Origin: Gracilinanus agilis
Lineage: Eukaryota
Reading direction: 5' to 3'
DNA length: 64,000 bases
NCBI RefSeq assembly: GCF_016433145.1
Contig: NC_058131.1
Span: forward strand, 30,998,839 to 31,062,838
The notes below the pieces were generated by a model. It did not search any database. It had not been told where the DNA came from and saw only the letters and a list, made by a program, of their open reading frames with translations. A program made the translations under genes and the position numbers. Shown one piece after another: positions 1 through 12,441 of the stretch; the first letter of the stretch is position 1, and each line of letters opens with the position of its first letter.

Positions 1-197
1 TGGGCAAACTAAGGCCTGAGGGCCAGATGGAGCCCCTGAAATGTTCTATCTGGCTGCTCGACATTATTCCTAATCTGATGAATACGATGAGTAGGATACA
101 ATACAATGAAACTGTGAAAGAGTTGCCTTAGAAACAGACTGACAGGTGAGCATTTCCTTTCCTTTGGTCCCCTCTTTAAAATGTTTGCCCATCACTG
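1..197. mobile_element. hAT-like non-autonomous DNA transposon (MITE), left end cut by the window edge
   Basis: Starts tgggcaaact and ends gtttgcccatcactg, giving terminal inverted repeats (CAGTGATGGGCAAAC). Confidence 0.65.
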
Positions 198-1334
198 CTC
201 TAGAACATTGTTATCAGTAAGGGAGAGGGGAGAGAGCTATTTTGAGGCTGATCGAGAGCTCATTGAGAGACTTGGATCTTTTAAAGAGTCATGCAGTCAA
301 TGGATAAAAGGGAAGGGAATAAATGATCAATATGATTACATGGGATAGTCTTACAGGAATCGTATTGATCATTTATTCCCTTCCCTGTGCTAAAGCTTAA
401 TGAACTGTGGCTGTCTGCAAAGGACAACAAAAAGGATTTTTTTTAAAGCTGGGATGTAGGAAAAAAGGAAAGAAACGAGCATTTATTAAGTGCCTCCTCT
501 AGGCTAGGCAGCTGCCAAAGGAGCAATGTTTGGAGACTTTTGGAGAGCTCTGGGGGGAATCCTAAGCTGGAAAATGACAAAAAGTGGAGGGTCCTTAAAG
601 GAAGCAGGAAAGTTGAAGCCAAGGAGTAAGAGATGGAGAGAGAGAGGAGAAAGGTGGCCGTCAAATTAACCTTTGCTCTAACGTGTGGGTCGCCTGAGAG
701 TACACGAAAGATGCTTCCTAGTCACACATTGGAATTATTCCAGATTCCTGGAAAGACCCGATAGTGCTATAGTCTCATTCAATGACTCTTTGATCATGAA
801 TGTCTATCGAGGCATAAAATAGGAAGCTAGACAGTCTTGCACAAAAAGAGAGCTTCATAGGCAATGGCTCAGAATTCTGGACAAGAGGATTGGGTGAGAA
901 AGCTGCAGAGACCATCCCAGGGACTGCATGAGAAAGAAGCCTGATTGGGAGATCTAGGTAGCCTCCTTGCTACTAAATGGTACTTGAGGATGTTGGTTGG
1001 GAGCCTTCCCTGCAGGCAGAGGCTTATTAATCATGGCACCAGTCGGAAACAGAGGACCAAAGTGCTACTGACTGAAGATTGCAGCTCCTCTGAGGATGCT
1101 AGTTAAGGCAGAGAAAGAGACTGAACTAGTAGCCTGAAAGTGCGGTTTATTAGACCAAAGAAAGGCTGATTAATCAGAAGGATGTTGGAGGGGACTAAAA
1201 AAGCTCTTGAGAGGTCTGCCACCATGGCGTCAAGGGCGCATGTCATAGAAGCCATTCGATGATCCTGATATTAGCTGGTGATGATGACCAGCTTGAGTGG
1301 AAAGGGATGGTTTACTGGGGCCACTGAAAAGTAA

Positions 1335-1533
1335 TTTTTTTTTAAACCCTCACCTTCCGCCTTAGAGTCAATACTGTGTATTGGCTCCAAGGCAGAAGAG
1401 TGGTAAGGGTGGGCAATGGGGGTCAAGTGACTTGCCCAGGATCACCCAGCTGGGAAGTGTCTGAGGCCAGATTTGAACCCAGGACCTCCCGTCTCTAAGC
1501 CTGACTCAATACACTGAGCTACCCAGCTGGCCC
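1335..1533 (-). mobile_element. SINE1_Mdo-like tRNA/CORE SINE
   Basis: Reverse complement of ggg(g)cagctgggtagctcagtg...ttcaaat...; T-tail; flanking ctgaaaagta direct repeat (TSD). Confidence 0.85.
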
Positions 1534-2635
1534 TGAAAAGTAGTTCTAAATGGGGAGCATGATGACATCAGTACAAGACACTGGTCACGTGTCCCCTGTG
1601 TGTGCATCCCCTTACGCATAGGTGCTATGCATTCTCCAGGTGTAGACCATCCACTTACATGCATTATTTGGAGAGCAAGTTCAAGGTTTATGAGGATGAG
1701 TGCTCTGGCACTGAGGTGGTGTAGTGGAGAGATCTCAGAGGCAGGATATATGAGCTCAAATCTGGCCTCAATTTCTTACTGGATTGACTCTGAGCAAGTC
1801 ACTTAACCACTGCCAGCCTCAGTTTGCTTATCTATAATATGGGGAGCATCTATGCCACAGGACTGCTGTGAGGATCGAATGAATAACTTTTGTAAAGTGC
1901 CTTGCAAAACACAAAGTGTTATATAGATGTTAACTGTTATTGTTATTATTATCATCTTATTTTCAATGGTACTTAGTTAAAATATGTCACAAACTAGGAG
2001 TGTCTTACCTGGTAAAAACAAAACTTATCCAAGGGCTTGTGACTCTGGTCCAGTAGTTGGAGCACTGGACTTAGAGTTGGAAAGACTTGAGTTCAAATCC
2101 AGCTTCAGGCACTTAGTAGCTGTGGAGAAAGTCTGGAAAAGTGACTGACCAATGAACCTCGAGGAGCTAATTGGGGGCCCAGAGTGAGGTGGGGCTCACA
2201 GATTACATGTGAAAAAGAATCAGAAAGGAAAAAGTGGAAAGGGGGCAAGCTCGCCTCCTCCTGACAATTAGAGATCTCTGAGAGAGAGAAATGGGAGGAG
2301 GTGGCCAAGGATTTGGGCAGCTGCCCCACTGTGCACCATGGCTGGCTTTTGTGAATTTAAACAAGCTCTTTTGGTTACCCAAAGCAGGAGGATCGGATGG
2401 CAGGAGATCGATGACCATCAAAAGCCCACTTTGTTTGCCTGGAGTCAGGTTCCTAATGTCGTGAGACTCATTGTCCTTTCCACAAATTGGATTCTTGCCT
2501 TGAATGTGGGCTGCTGTGGATACGTTCCAAGGATGGAGAGACAACAACCAGTGATATATTCTGACAAAGGTCTAATTGGATATCACCATCCGGAGAGGAC
2601 AGTGTTGTTACTGACTGGTAAGATAGAACCATATA

Positions 2636-2837
2636 GGGGGCATCTGGGTAGCTCAGTGGATGGAGAGTCAGACCTAGAGACGGGAGGTCCTGGGTTCAAA
2701 TCTAGCCTCAGATGCTTCTCAGCTGTGTGACCCTGGGCAAGTCACTTGATCCCCATTGCCCACCCTTACCACTCTTCTGCCTTGGAGCCAATACACAGTA
2801 TTGACTCCAAGACAGAAGGTGAGGGTTTAAAAAAAAA
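2636..2837 (+). mobile_element. SINE1_Mdo-like SINE
   Basis: Same ~200-bp unit ending in an A-tail. Confidence 0.85.
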
Positions 2838-3323
2838 CAGATAGAACCATATAAATTGGTGCTCCATTATCAGGAGGCCATAAAATCCAGTGTTTCAGTG
2901 CTTGAGTTCAAAGCCTGAATGCAGTAGGTGCCTAATAAATTCTTGTTAATTGTCTGATGGCCAACAATCCCAGATTTCTGGAAATTTTCCTACTTTGACT
3001 TTCATGACTTGCCCTCCTACCTGTCTAAATTTTCCTTCTCTTCTTTTCTAGATGATGCAGCGGATCGAGCTCAGCGCGTGGAGTCAGGAAGACCCAAGTT
3101 CAAATTTGCCCTCAGATGCTTACCAGCTGTGTGACTTAACTGCTGTCTGCCTTAGTCCCCTCAAATGTAAAAATCGATCCAAGAATAGTACCTATTCCCC
3201 AAGGTACTGTGGGCATCAGATGAGATGGTGTGTGTCAAATGTTTAGCAGAGTAAGTGGCTCGTAGTGCTATCCAATAGCTAGTCTATTATGGCTTAAATG
3301 TGTGTGTACACATGCACGAATGC

Positions 3324-3706
3324 CGTGATGGATCGCCAATCCTTCTCCTAAACTCCGCTCTGTAAGAAGTAAAATTAGTATAAAAGGATAGATTTAAAAA
3401 TATCATGGTTTTAAAGGGTTTATTGATAGCCATTTAGGAAAGTGAAGCCACGTGCCTGATAAGAGTGTTTGAAAGTGCCGCCATACCTCCACAAGGAAGC
3501 TGCTTCAGCTGGAAAAGGGAGCTTCCCCTTGGAGCCACTCAGCCTTTATTCTTCTCCCTACGTTATTAGGTAATTATCGCCTCCGTCATTTATGTAAGCC
3601 AGGAAGCATGGGAAATGTAGTTTGAAAGAGCCCTAAATGTCCACAGGAAGTTTAGATCAGGGAACCTCAAAATTAGTTCAAGGACCCCCAAATTTCCAAT
3701 ATCACA
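3324..3706 (-). mobile_element. Probable solo LTR
   Basis: (c)gtgat...atcaca termini; AATAAA on the minus strand near 3418; TSD not evident. Confidence 0.5.
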
Positions 3707-4717
3707 GCTCCCAAATGACTCACTGCCTGCCCAACATTTCTTGCATTTCTTGTCAACATCTCAAATTCAACATGCCCCAAATGGAAGGAATTTTATTTCT
3801 CTTAAAAGCCAGCCTTCCAGCCATCCAGCCATCCAGCCCTCCAGCAAATAGCCCCATTTCTGTAGATGGCACCGTCCTCACGGTCACAAGCTAATCCCAC
3901 TGGTGCTAGCAGGGCCGCTTAGGGCTGTTTGTTCAGTTATAGTACATTCCTCACTAAGGAAGGCGTAGATGACTTCCCTGAAACCCTCCCAAAGCTTTGC
4001 CAGCCTTTATGCCAACATTGAAACTCCCATTCTCGGCAGATGGTCTCGGTTCCTACTTTGGAGATCAAGGTCATAAGTCAGGAGGAAGTTCAACTTCTTT
4101 TTTCTTAACATCAGAATTCTGTTTTCACTCGTTATATCCTCTTTCCTTTTTATCTCAAAAGAAGAAGGGATCAAAACATCCAAATTCCTCTCTAGGACTA
4201 ATCCCTTCACTGTCTCCCCTCTCCTACCATCTTGTATGAGACCTATGAATGGATACATGATGCCAGCAAGTTCAAAAAGCAGGTTAAACATTTCCATTGT
4301 TAAGCCTTAAGTCAGAAAAAAATCTCAGAAGGAAGGAAGGAAATACACCTCTATATTTCATTTGCTCTCCTGACAACCCTGGAAGGTGGGTGCTATTATA
4401 ATCCCCATTTTGCAGCTGTGGAAACTGAGGTAAGTGGAAGTTGAATGACTTTCCTCAAGTCACACAGTTATTAAACGTGAGGTTGGATTTGAACTAAAGT
4501 CTTCCCAAGTCTTTGTCCAATGCTCTAGCCACCGTAGCACCTAGCTTTCCCACAGTTCTTCGGGATAGCGACATCCTTAGACAGCTCTTGGTGGCAATGC
4601 CAATCTTCTGGAAGCCCGACGACAAGAGCAAGAGACTCGGAATCCTGCTCCCACATTCTATTAATTTATTTGTGTACACATCGCATACCAAAAATAACTC
4701 TTTTAAGGGAGGGATAA

Positions 4718-5052
4718 TGTCCAAGATGGAAGGGGTTCACCAAAACCAAAAGATAGCTGCCTCTGCTCTTTCCTGTATTAATTAGAATTTTTGTACCTTG
4801 GACTCCATCTCCCAGAATTCTTTCCTCATCCCCAAATTCCTTTTCTCTTTTCATTTATGTGCATCTTTACGTTATTGTTTATATAGTTCTGTAGCTCCTC
4901 CCTCTCTCTCTCTCTCTTTTCCCTGTGTGCACGGTCTGGGAAAGCCTCTCTTTACTGAAGGTTATTTTCTTTCCTCTATTTTTCAAGTGATATTTTAATA
5001 AATCTTATAAAATATGTTGCTTGGAGTATTGGATATTAATTTTAATTCTCAC
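4718..5052 (+). mobile_element. Possible solo LTR; left boundary uncertain
   Basis: TATA-like ttatata, AATAAA near 4997, ends ...ttctcaca. Confidence 0.4.
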
Positions 5053-7961
5053 ATTCCTCTCCTTGGATATCAAGAAGTGCTTAATATACTTTTATTGAAT
5101 TGAAGTCAATTGAATGAAAGTTACAGGAAGGTATATATTGGTGCAACACAAGGAGCTCTTTCTATCAGGAGGGCTGCCCAAACATCATCATTATTATTAT
5201 TATTATTATTTTAAAAACCTTAACTTCCATCTTGGAATCAATACTGGCTATTGGTTCTAAAGCACAAGAGTGGTAAGGACTAGGCAATGGACTTGCCCAG
5301 GGTCACACAGCTAGGAAGTATCTGAGATCAGTTTTGAACCCCGGATTTCCTGACTCTTGACCTGGCTCTCAATCTGCTGAGCCACCCAGCTGTCCCCCTG
5401 AGCTGCCTAATTTTTGAGTTATCAGTGAAGCTAATTCAGTTAAGCAATGGAGGAAGTTCCTGGCTTGGCTTATTCTGAGTGGTCCCTTAGATTCCTTTCA
5501 GGATTAATATTCAAACCTCTGAAGATGGCCGTCTTTTCTCCTTCAGATTAATCTTCTCCTGTTCCTTCAGCTCTTCCGAAAACAGCAGGAGCTCCAGGCT
5601 TTCTTCATCCTGGTTGCCCCGCTCAGGACCAGTCTGGATTTTAGGTGGTCTTTCCTGCGATGTGGTCCTCTATCTGTGGGCTGACGAGGACAGAATAAAG
5701 TGAGGTGATCGGCTCCCTCGTGTGGTCACGATGACTCTTTTGATTAAGGTTTCAATTGAATTCACATTTTTACTTATCATCCCATCCATGCTTTTATCTG
5801 AGTCATTTATAGAATGTTGGCCGCACAGCCAAGTCCATGTCCCTGGGGCACTCCACTACAGACTTACTGTACTAATAATGGGAGAGGACCAAACCCAGAG
5901 GCAATATCTTTTCTACTAAATATTTCAACTGTGTAGACTCCTCAGAATACACACGTGCCCCACGGAACATAGTCACACTGCTAGTCAGCCCAGACCCTCC
6001 ACAATTTAGGGTCTAGGAAAGCAGGGCTATAATTCTGAGGATTATTATGATAAACTCATACTATTAATTAACACTGGTATAAGGGGAGGTAGGGGAAGCT
6101 AGGTGGTACAGTGGCTAGATAGAGTGCTGAGTCTGGAGCCCAAGACCTGAGTTCAAATCCAGATTCAGGCACTTCCTAGCAGGCATGACCCTGGACAAGT
6201 CACTCTATCCTGTTTGCCTTAGTTTCCTCCTTTTTATTTTATTTTTTAACCCTTACCTTCCATCTTAGAATCAATTCTGTGTATTGGTTCTAAGGCAGAG
6301 TGGTGAGGGCTAGGCAATGGGGGTTAAGTGACTTGCCCAGGGTCACACATCTGGGAAGTGTCTGAGGCCAGATTTGAACCCAGGACCTCCCCTCTCTGGG
6401 CTTGACTCTCCATCCTCTAAACCACCCAGCTGCCCCCAGTTTCCTCCTTTTTAAAAGGATCTGGAGAAGGAAATGGCAAACCACTCCAGGATCTTTGCCA
6501 AGAAAAACCCAAATGGGAACACAACTGAACAATGAGAGCTCCAGGGTCACAGAAGGGTGCAGGTGAGACTGGTGGCCAGGTTACCCCAGGAGCTAGATGA
6601 ACCCTGAATACGTGACCTATATTTACCGATTCACATGATAATTGCCGCATTTTCAACATGCACACATTTTATTATTGCTTTCCTCTCTTGTTCAGGGTCA
6701 TTCGCTCTGTTTTGGCATCCTTGTATGGTTGCCTATAATCGTCCCCGTATTGTACGGTTTACTAACTAAGCTTAGTTTTATTGGTAGTTTGAGCACCCAA
6801 AGTGGACATTTTGGCTGACTTATTCAGGTTATCGCCTTGATTTGACCTCCTATTACATGCATCTAATGGAGTTTATATCGGCTGGAAAGCTATTCTCGTT
6901 GGCTCGATGCCTTTAGTTAAGGAAAGTCCTAAAATCTCTCACGTGCAGCGAGATGTTTGGCTCTCGAGCCTCGTTTCTGTTTTTATCTAGCTTAGCTCTG
7001 GCCTCCTGCTTCTTGAGAGACACATCAGGATGCAGAAAATGCTGAAATAAAATCAGTGAGCAGACTGTATTTATTCCAGGATGTGTTACTGGACAGGCAT
7101 GGGGGAAGGAATTCGGGGAAAGAGCGTGTGCCTTGCAGCTGGAACTTTCTCTACAGGGTTTTCCATCAGTCATGGGGTGGTTTTTAGGAAACAGAGTATA
7201 AAACTGCAGTAAGGCTTTTGGCATGTGCTGCCTGTGTCGTCTCCCCCATTAGAATGGAAGCTGCCTGAGAGCAAGGACTGTCTTATTTTATTATTAGTAC
7301 TCCCAGAACCGAGCGCAGCATTTTATTCTCCCACCCCAATTTATTCATTGTACCTATGACTATCTTAATGGAATAGAATCTCCTTGAGGACAGTAACTAG
7401 AAGGACTCTTCGTTCATTGCTAGGAACTCTGGCCAAGACATAGAACCCTGCTAGCAAATCTTGATGTTCATAGAAAACTCTAATAATAATCATTTATATA
7501 ATACTTTAATATTTGTAAAACACTTCACATATTATATCTTTTGAGCCTCACAATTCCCCTTGAAGGTAGGTGCTATTACGATCCCCATTTTACAGGTGAG
7601 GAAACTGAGGCAGACAGAAGGTAAGTGATTTAATGCAGTCACATAGCTAGTAAATATCTGGGGCTCGATTTGAATTTGATTCTTTCTGATTCCAGATCTA
7701 GTACTTAGCAACTTGCTCGTTGGGTTCCCTGGTGACCAGGAGGAAAGGAGCAATGTAGAGTTGGGGATGTGGGTGCCAAGAAGTGCCCACCCACGAGGCG
7801 CATTTGGGTTGTTGGGGCCAAGGGGGTAGCCTGTGGGTAGAAGAGTCAGATAAGATTTGGATAAAGAAGAAACTGTATGTTGGTAACCTCTTGAGGGGTG
7901 GAGAAACAATTGCCCAGATTAGGGGGTGAGACATTTTTTTCCCTTGTTCCAAAATTTATGC

Positions 7962-8525
7962 ACTTTTTTTAACATTTATTAATATTCATTTTTTAGAAAA
8001 GTTAACATGGTTACATGATTCATGCTCCTACTTTCCCCTTCACCCCTTGCCCTCCCCCCACCCATGGTTGATGCTCATCTCCACTGGTTTTAACATGTGT
8101 CATTGATCAAGACCTATTTCCATATTATTGATAGTTACATTGGGGTAGTTGTTTCGAGTCTACATCCCCAATCATGTCCGCCTCAACCCATGTGTTCAAG
8201 CAGCTGCTTTTCTTCTGTATTTCCACTCCTGTAGTTCTTCCTCTGAATGTGGGTAGCTTTTTTTCCCCCATAAATCCCTCAGAACTGTCCTGGGTCATTG
8301 CATTGCTGCTGGTACAGAAGTCTATTACATTCGATTTTATCACAGTGTATCAGTCTCTGTGTACAGTGTTCTTCTGGCTCTGCTCCTTTCACTCTGCATC
8401 ACTTCCTGGAGGTCTTTCCAGTTCACATGGAATTCCTCCAGTTTATTATTCCTTTGAGCACAATAGTATTCCATCACCAGCATATACCACAATTTGTTCA
8501 GCCATTTCCCAATTGGGGGGCATAG
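7962..8525 (-). mobile_element. Marsupial L1 3' UTR fragment
   Basis: T-rich tail followed by typical antisense L1 3' UTR sequence; resembles the 3' part of the L1 at 48-50 kb. Confidence 0.75.
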
Positions 8526-8808
8526 GGAGTGAGATTTTTAATGGGAGAGGACCCTCTCTTGCTTACTACTTCAACCACTGACTTTCTAAGAGAATGGGGT
8601 AAGAAGGTGTGCCAAATACCAGTGGGGATCTTCATACATTAATAACAAAAGCAATCATAATTCACATTTACCAATACCCCTTGTTAAGATTCCATAGACC
8701 TTTGGCTTCGGTTTTCACCAGTCCTTAAAATCTTTTCAGCACATTTTGTAGAAAGGGGTCCATTTGGGGCATATTCGGGGAGGCTCCTTTAAAAATGGAT
8801 ACATTTCT

Positions 8809-9010
8809 GGGGCAGCTAGGTGGCTCAGTGTATAGAGAGCCATGCCTGAAGATGGTGGGGAGGATCTTACATTCAAATTTGGCTTCAGACACTTCCCAGC
8901 TGTGTGACCCTGGGCAAGTCACTTAACCCCCATTGGCTAGCCCTTGCCACTCTTCTGCCTTGAAGCCAATACACAGTATTGATTCTAAGATGGAAGGTGA
9001 GGGTTTTTAA
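8809..9010 (+). mobile_element. SINE1_Mdo-like SINE
   Basis: Same ~200-bp unit. Confidence 0.85.
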
Positions 9011-9722
9011 GAATTGCTACATTTTGTTGGAAAGAATCCAGGCCTGGAAATCAGGAGGTATGGATTGGACAGTCACTGCTTGGCTTCACCCATCGTTATC
9101 TCACCTCTGGGGGATTCAGTCTCTTCATCTATAAAGTTAGGGTGCCAAGACTGGACTTGGTAGATGCTCTTAAAATTCCCTTTCAGTTCTAGCATTCTGT
9201 GATTCTGTGTGAACTGGAGTAGTCATAGAAGGCTCTGAGAGGACAGAGGACTTTGGAGCAAAGGCAGGATTTGAATAAAAGGAGAGGAGAAGGGAGGATG
9301 CTCCAGGCAGGAGAACAGCAGAGGTTCTGTGTTCACAGTCTTTACTCCAACAGTAAAGAGAGAGACCTGATGAGGGTCTTAGGTAAGGTGAGGGATGGGG
9401 GTGGGGAGTTTTGTAGTGGGAGAAGGTGTTTCCGTAACATAGAGCAGTTGCTTAAAATGACTCCCAGATATTTTAACCTGTATTTCTGGGGAACTTCCTG
9501 TAACAAAGGGCAAACAAAGAAAATAGAAAAGATTTGCATATAGAACAAAAAGAGACTATGGGGTAAGGAGGAAGACAGAGAAGAGACACAAATAATTCAG
9601 GTGGCCTCTAGCAACCAGCCCACTCCACCCCACTGCACCCAGGCTCCCAAAGGCTGGCAGTGTATTCTTACACAGACTACCCAGGAGGGCAGAACTGGCA
9701 GTAACTTTGAGGGCATCAAGGC

Positions 9723-9918
9723 CAGGGGTTCTTAACCTTCCTCATGTCCCAGATCCCTTGGGCAGCAGACTGGTGAAGTCTATGGATCCCTTCTCAAAAT
9801 AATGTGGTCAAATAGCTAAAATAAAAGACGGAATTACCAAGGAAATTATTGTATTGAAATACAGTTATCAAAATATTTTTTTAAAAAAAGTTCTTGGTCT
9901 CTAGATTAAGAACCCTTG
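9723..9918. mobile_element. hAT/Charlie-like MITE
   Basis: caggggttcttaa...ttaagaacccttg termini; flanks atcaaggc/atccagtc match at 6 of 8. Confidence 0.6.
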
Positions 9919-10117
9919 ATCCAGTCTAACCTCTTCATTTTTACTGCAAGGAAACTAAGTCTGGGAGAGAATCGACTAGGCCCAGGCCCAAACGACTAAG
10001 AAATATAAGAGCCAAGACTTGATGCTGGGTTTTGTGTGTCTTTGGATGCACGTATCCTTCTCTGCTATGCTTCTTGCCAAAGAGAGAGGGAATGTGTAGA
10101 AAGGAAAGAAAGACAGA

Positions 10118-10161
10118 GATTAATTAATCAATTGATTAGCCAATCAATTGATTAATTAATC
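10118..10161. repeat. Perfect 20-bp inverted repeat with a 4-nt spacer
   Basis: GATTAATTAATCAATTGATT-agcc-AATCAATTGATTAATTAATC. Confidence 0.95.
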
Positions 10162-12202
10162 AAGACAGGGAGGGGGCTCCCAGGCATGGAATCAGACCTT
10201 GGATTATTAACTATAAGTTAAAAGCAATAAAAGGTTGGTCAATCAAAGAAAGCTGTTCATCAGAGCATTTTGATGCGGTTTCTATATCTGTTTATGGGCT
10301 ATTCTGAGCTCTTTGCATCTTATGAATTTTCTGTGGGGTAAAATTCAGGTTGCCCCATAAACTAACAAAAAAAAAACCAAAACATTTACCTTTTGTCTTA
10401 GAATCTAAATATTAATTCCAAGGCAGTAGAGCAATAAGGGTGAGCTAATGAGGATTAAATGTCTAGCTCAGGGTCACATAGCTAGGAAGTGTCTGAGGTC
10501 ACATTTGAACCCAAGACCTCCCATCTCTAGGCCTGGCTCTCCATCCCCTGAGCCATCTAGCTGTCCCTGTCCCATATACTTTTTAACCTTAGTGCTTGTT
10601 TGGTACAACGAACTCCATTCATCCACATCTGTAGTAACTTCAAAATGAAGTCTTTTACCAGAGTAAACTCCATTTGGGAGCGTCAGACCCAAGAGAATGG
10701 GTCAGCCCCTGAACCCTCGATCCACATGAACCCTGAATCTTGAGATAGTGGTGGAGGGGGGGCTTAGTGATGGGATAGATGGGTCACAGGGCACTGAAAA
10801 CAATTAAAAAAACATTCAAATTTGACTTTAAAGTTTGCAAAATATATTCCCTCCAACAGCTGTGTGATGTGGGCAAGCACAAACATTCTGGTGCCCATTT
10901 TACTGATGGGGGAAACTGGGGTTCTGAGTGTCCAAATAACCTGACTCTGGTCACATGGCTAGTAAGGGTCTGAAGTAAGACTCAAAGTCAAGCCTTCTGA
11001 CTTCAAGCCCAGAGCTCTGCCCACACGAGAGCTGAGATCCCCCCTCAAGTCTCAGGGTTGGGGATTTGTATTTCTGATTTGCCCAAGAAACATCGAGGAT
11101 GGCTAGCATGGTGTGCACATGGTTAGGAGAGCATCGGTTTTATTTATGTGGATCTGGGACTATTGACTTGACTAGACCACAAACTGAAAACCTGGGGAGT
11201 CGCCCTTTAAGAGTTTCTGTGGCCAAACTGACCAGCGCCTCAGTGTACTTGAATTGACTGGACCATGGTGGGAGAGGACAGTCAGTCTGCTGCTGGGCTC
11301 AGACTGGACGGAAGCCTTTTCTAGTTAGGGATGGGCATAGAGTCTGTGTTCCCCTGGCAGGGGCTGCCGCCTGACTCCTCTGAAGCACCTAAAGAGGATT
11401 TCAGAATAGACATTCATTATAAAGTCACAAACATTTTAGCCTGTTCTAAAATCTCCATCTTTAAGTTGTTTCACCAAGTTAGACAAAAGGCTTTCTGGAA
11501 AGCCTCCTCTGACAACCCCCGACCCCTCCATCCCAGGATCATAGATCTGGAGCAGAGAGGGACCTGAGAGGTCTTCTAGTCTAATACCTCCATTTTACGG
11601 ATGAGAAAACTAAGACTTACCTGGGCTTTGGTCACTGCTGCAACTATCTAGGAGTTTTTTTTTTTATCTTAATCACTTATTCCACCTAACTAGGTCCCAA
11701 GCCCAGTGGCTTCTGCATGGCTGAAGGCATCAGGGGATGTCAGTGCTCTCTAAGATTAACCCTCACAAGACAAAGCCCCCACTGCTCTACCCTAGTTCCA
11801 GCTATTTCTGGGTGAGGGCTAGTATATGATTTACCTCCTCTGTTTCAGCCACAGTCCTCAGTCTCAGAAAGATGACTCTTACACAGGATGGGCGTGTGCT
11901 TTCTGATGTTGTTGGCTATTTTGGATAAATTGCCTCCTACCATCTCTGAAGTTGAGGCATCATGAAAGGTGTCCCAGACATGTAAAACCCAGTGGAATTG
12001 CTCATTGGCTATGGGAGGGGGGTGGGAGGAGGGGAGGGAAAGACCATGAAATTCATGGAACTACAGAAAATTTTCTTAATTAATCAATTAAAAAATAAAG
12101 GTGCCCCAGAGCCCTCCCTGAACTTGAACAGCTTCCTCTCTGGGGTCAGAGACATCCATGCTCCAGTGGCCATGCTTTGTTGTGGCCCCTCTTGGTTTAA
12201 GA

Positions 12203-12267
12203 TTCACTTCCTGCTGTTTTGGCTGGGCCCCAATAAGAATAAAGGGTGATGAGCAGCATTTATAAAT
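12203..12267 (+). promoter_or_regulatory. Gene A promoter: ETS/PU.1-type site and TATA box
   Basis: TTCACTTCCTG (CAGGAAGTGAA on the minus strand) at 12203-12213; TATAAAT at 12261-12267; ATG at 12381. Confidence 0.6.
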
Positions 12268-12299
12268 GTGCCACCTGCCATTGAGTCCAGAACCCTGGA

Positions 12300-12305
12300 G
12301 GAGAG

Positions 12306-12341
<36 letters not shown>

Positions 12342-12378
12342 GACAGAGAGACAGAGACAGAGAGACAGAGACAGAGAG
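12300..12378 (+). repeat. (GA)n/(GACA)n compound microsatellite in the predicted gene A 5' UTR
   Basis: Visible tandem units between the TATA box and the ATG. Confidence 0.9.
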
Positions 12379-12380
12379 TT

Positions 12381-12441
12381 ATGTACCTAGGAGATGATTA
12401 TGAGAACGTCAGCCTAGGGAAGCCATCACCTTGGCCACTTG
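12381..12441 (+). CDS. Gene A exon 1, cytoplasmic tail MYLGDDYENVSLGKPSPWPL(G)
   Basis: ATG 120 nt downstream of a TATA box; donor G|gtaagt at 12442; homologous in sequence and size to gene B exon 1. Confidence 0.85.

Noticed and set aside
660-1310. Unique-looking sequence as a possible pseudogene or exon
   Set aside because: The frames I translated contain stops and no recognisable motif; nothing supportable without a search.
2338-2730. 130-aa ORF as a gene
   Set aside because: No recognisable domain, its 3' end runs into a SINE, and no supporting exons were found.
12381-12441. Calling gene A a CLEC17A/prolectin ortholog because of DDYEN
   Set aside because: The CRD is short-form (no N-terminal Cys pair) and langerin-like in sequence and exon sizes; prolectin has a long-form CRD. 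No symbol assigned without a phylogeny.
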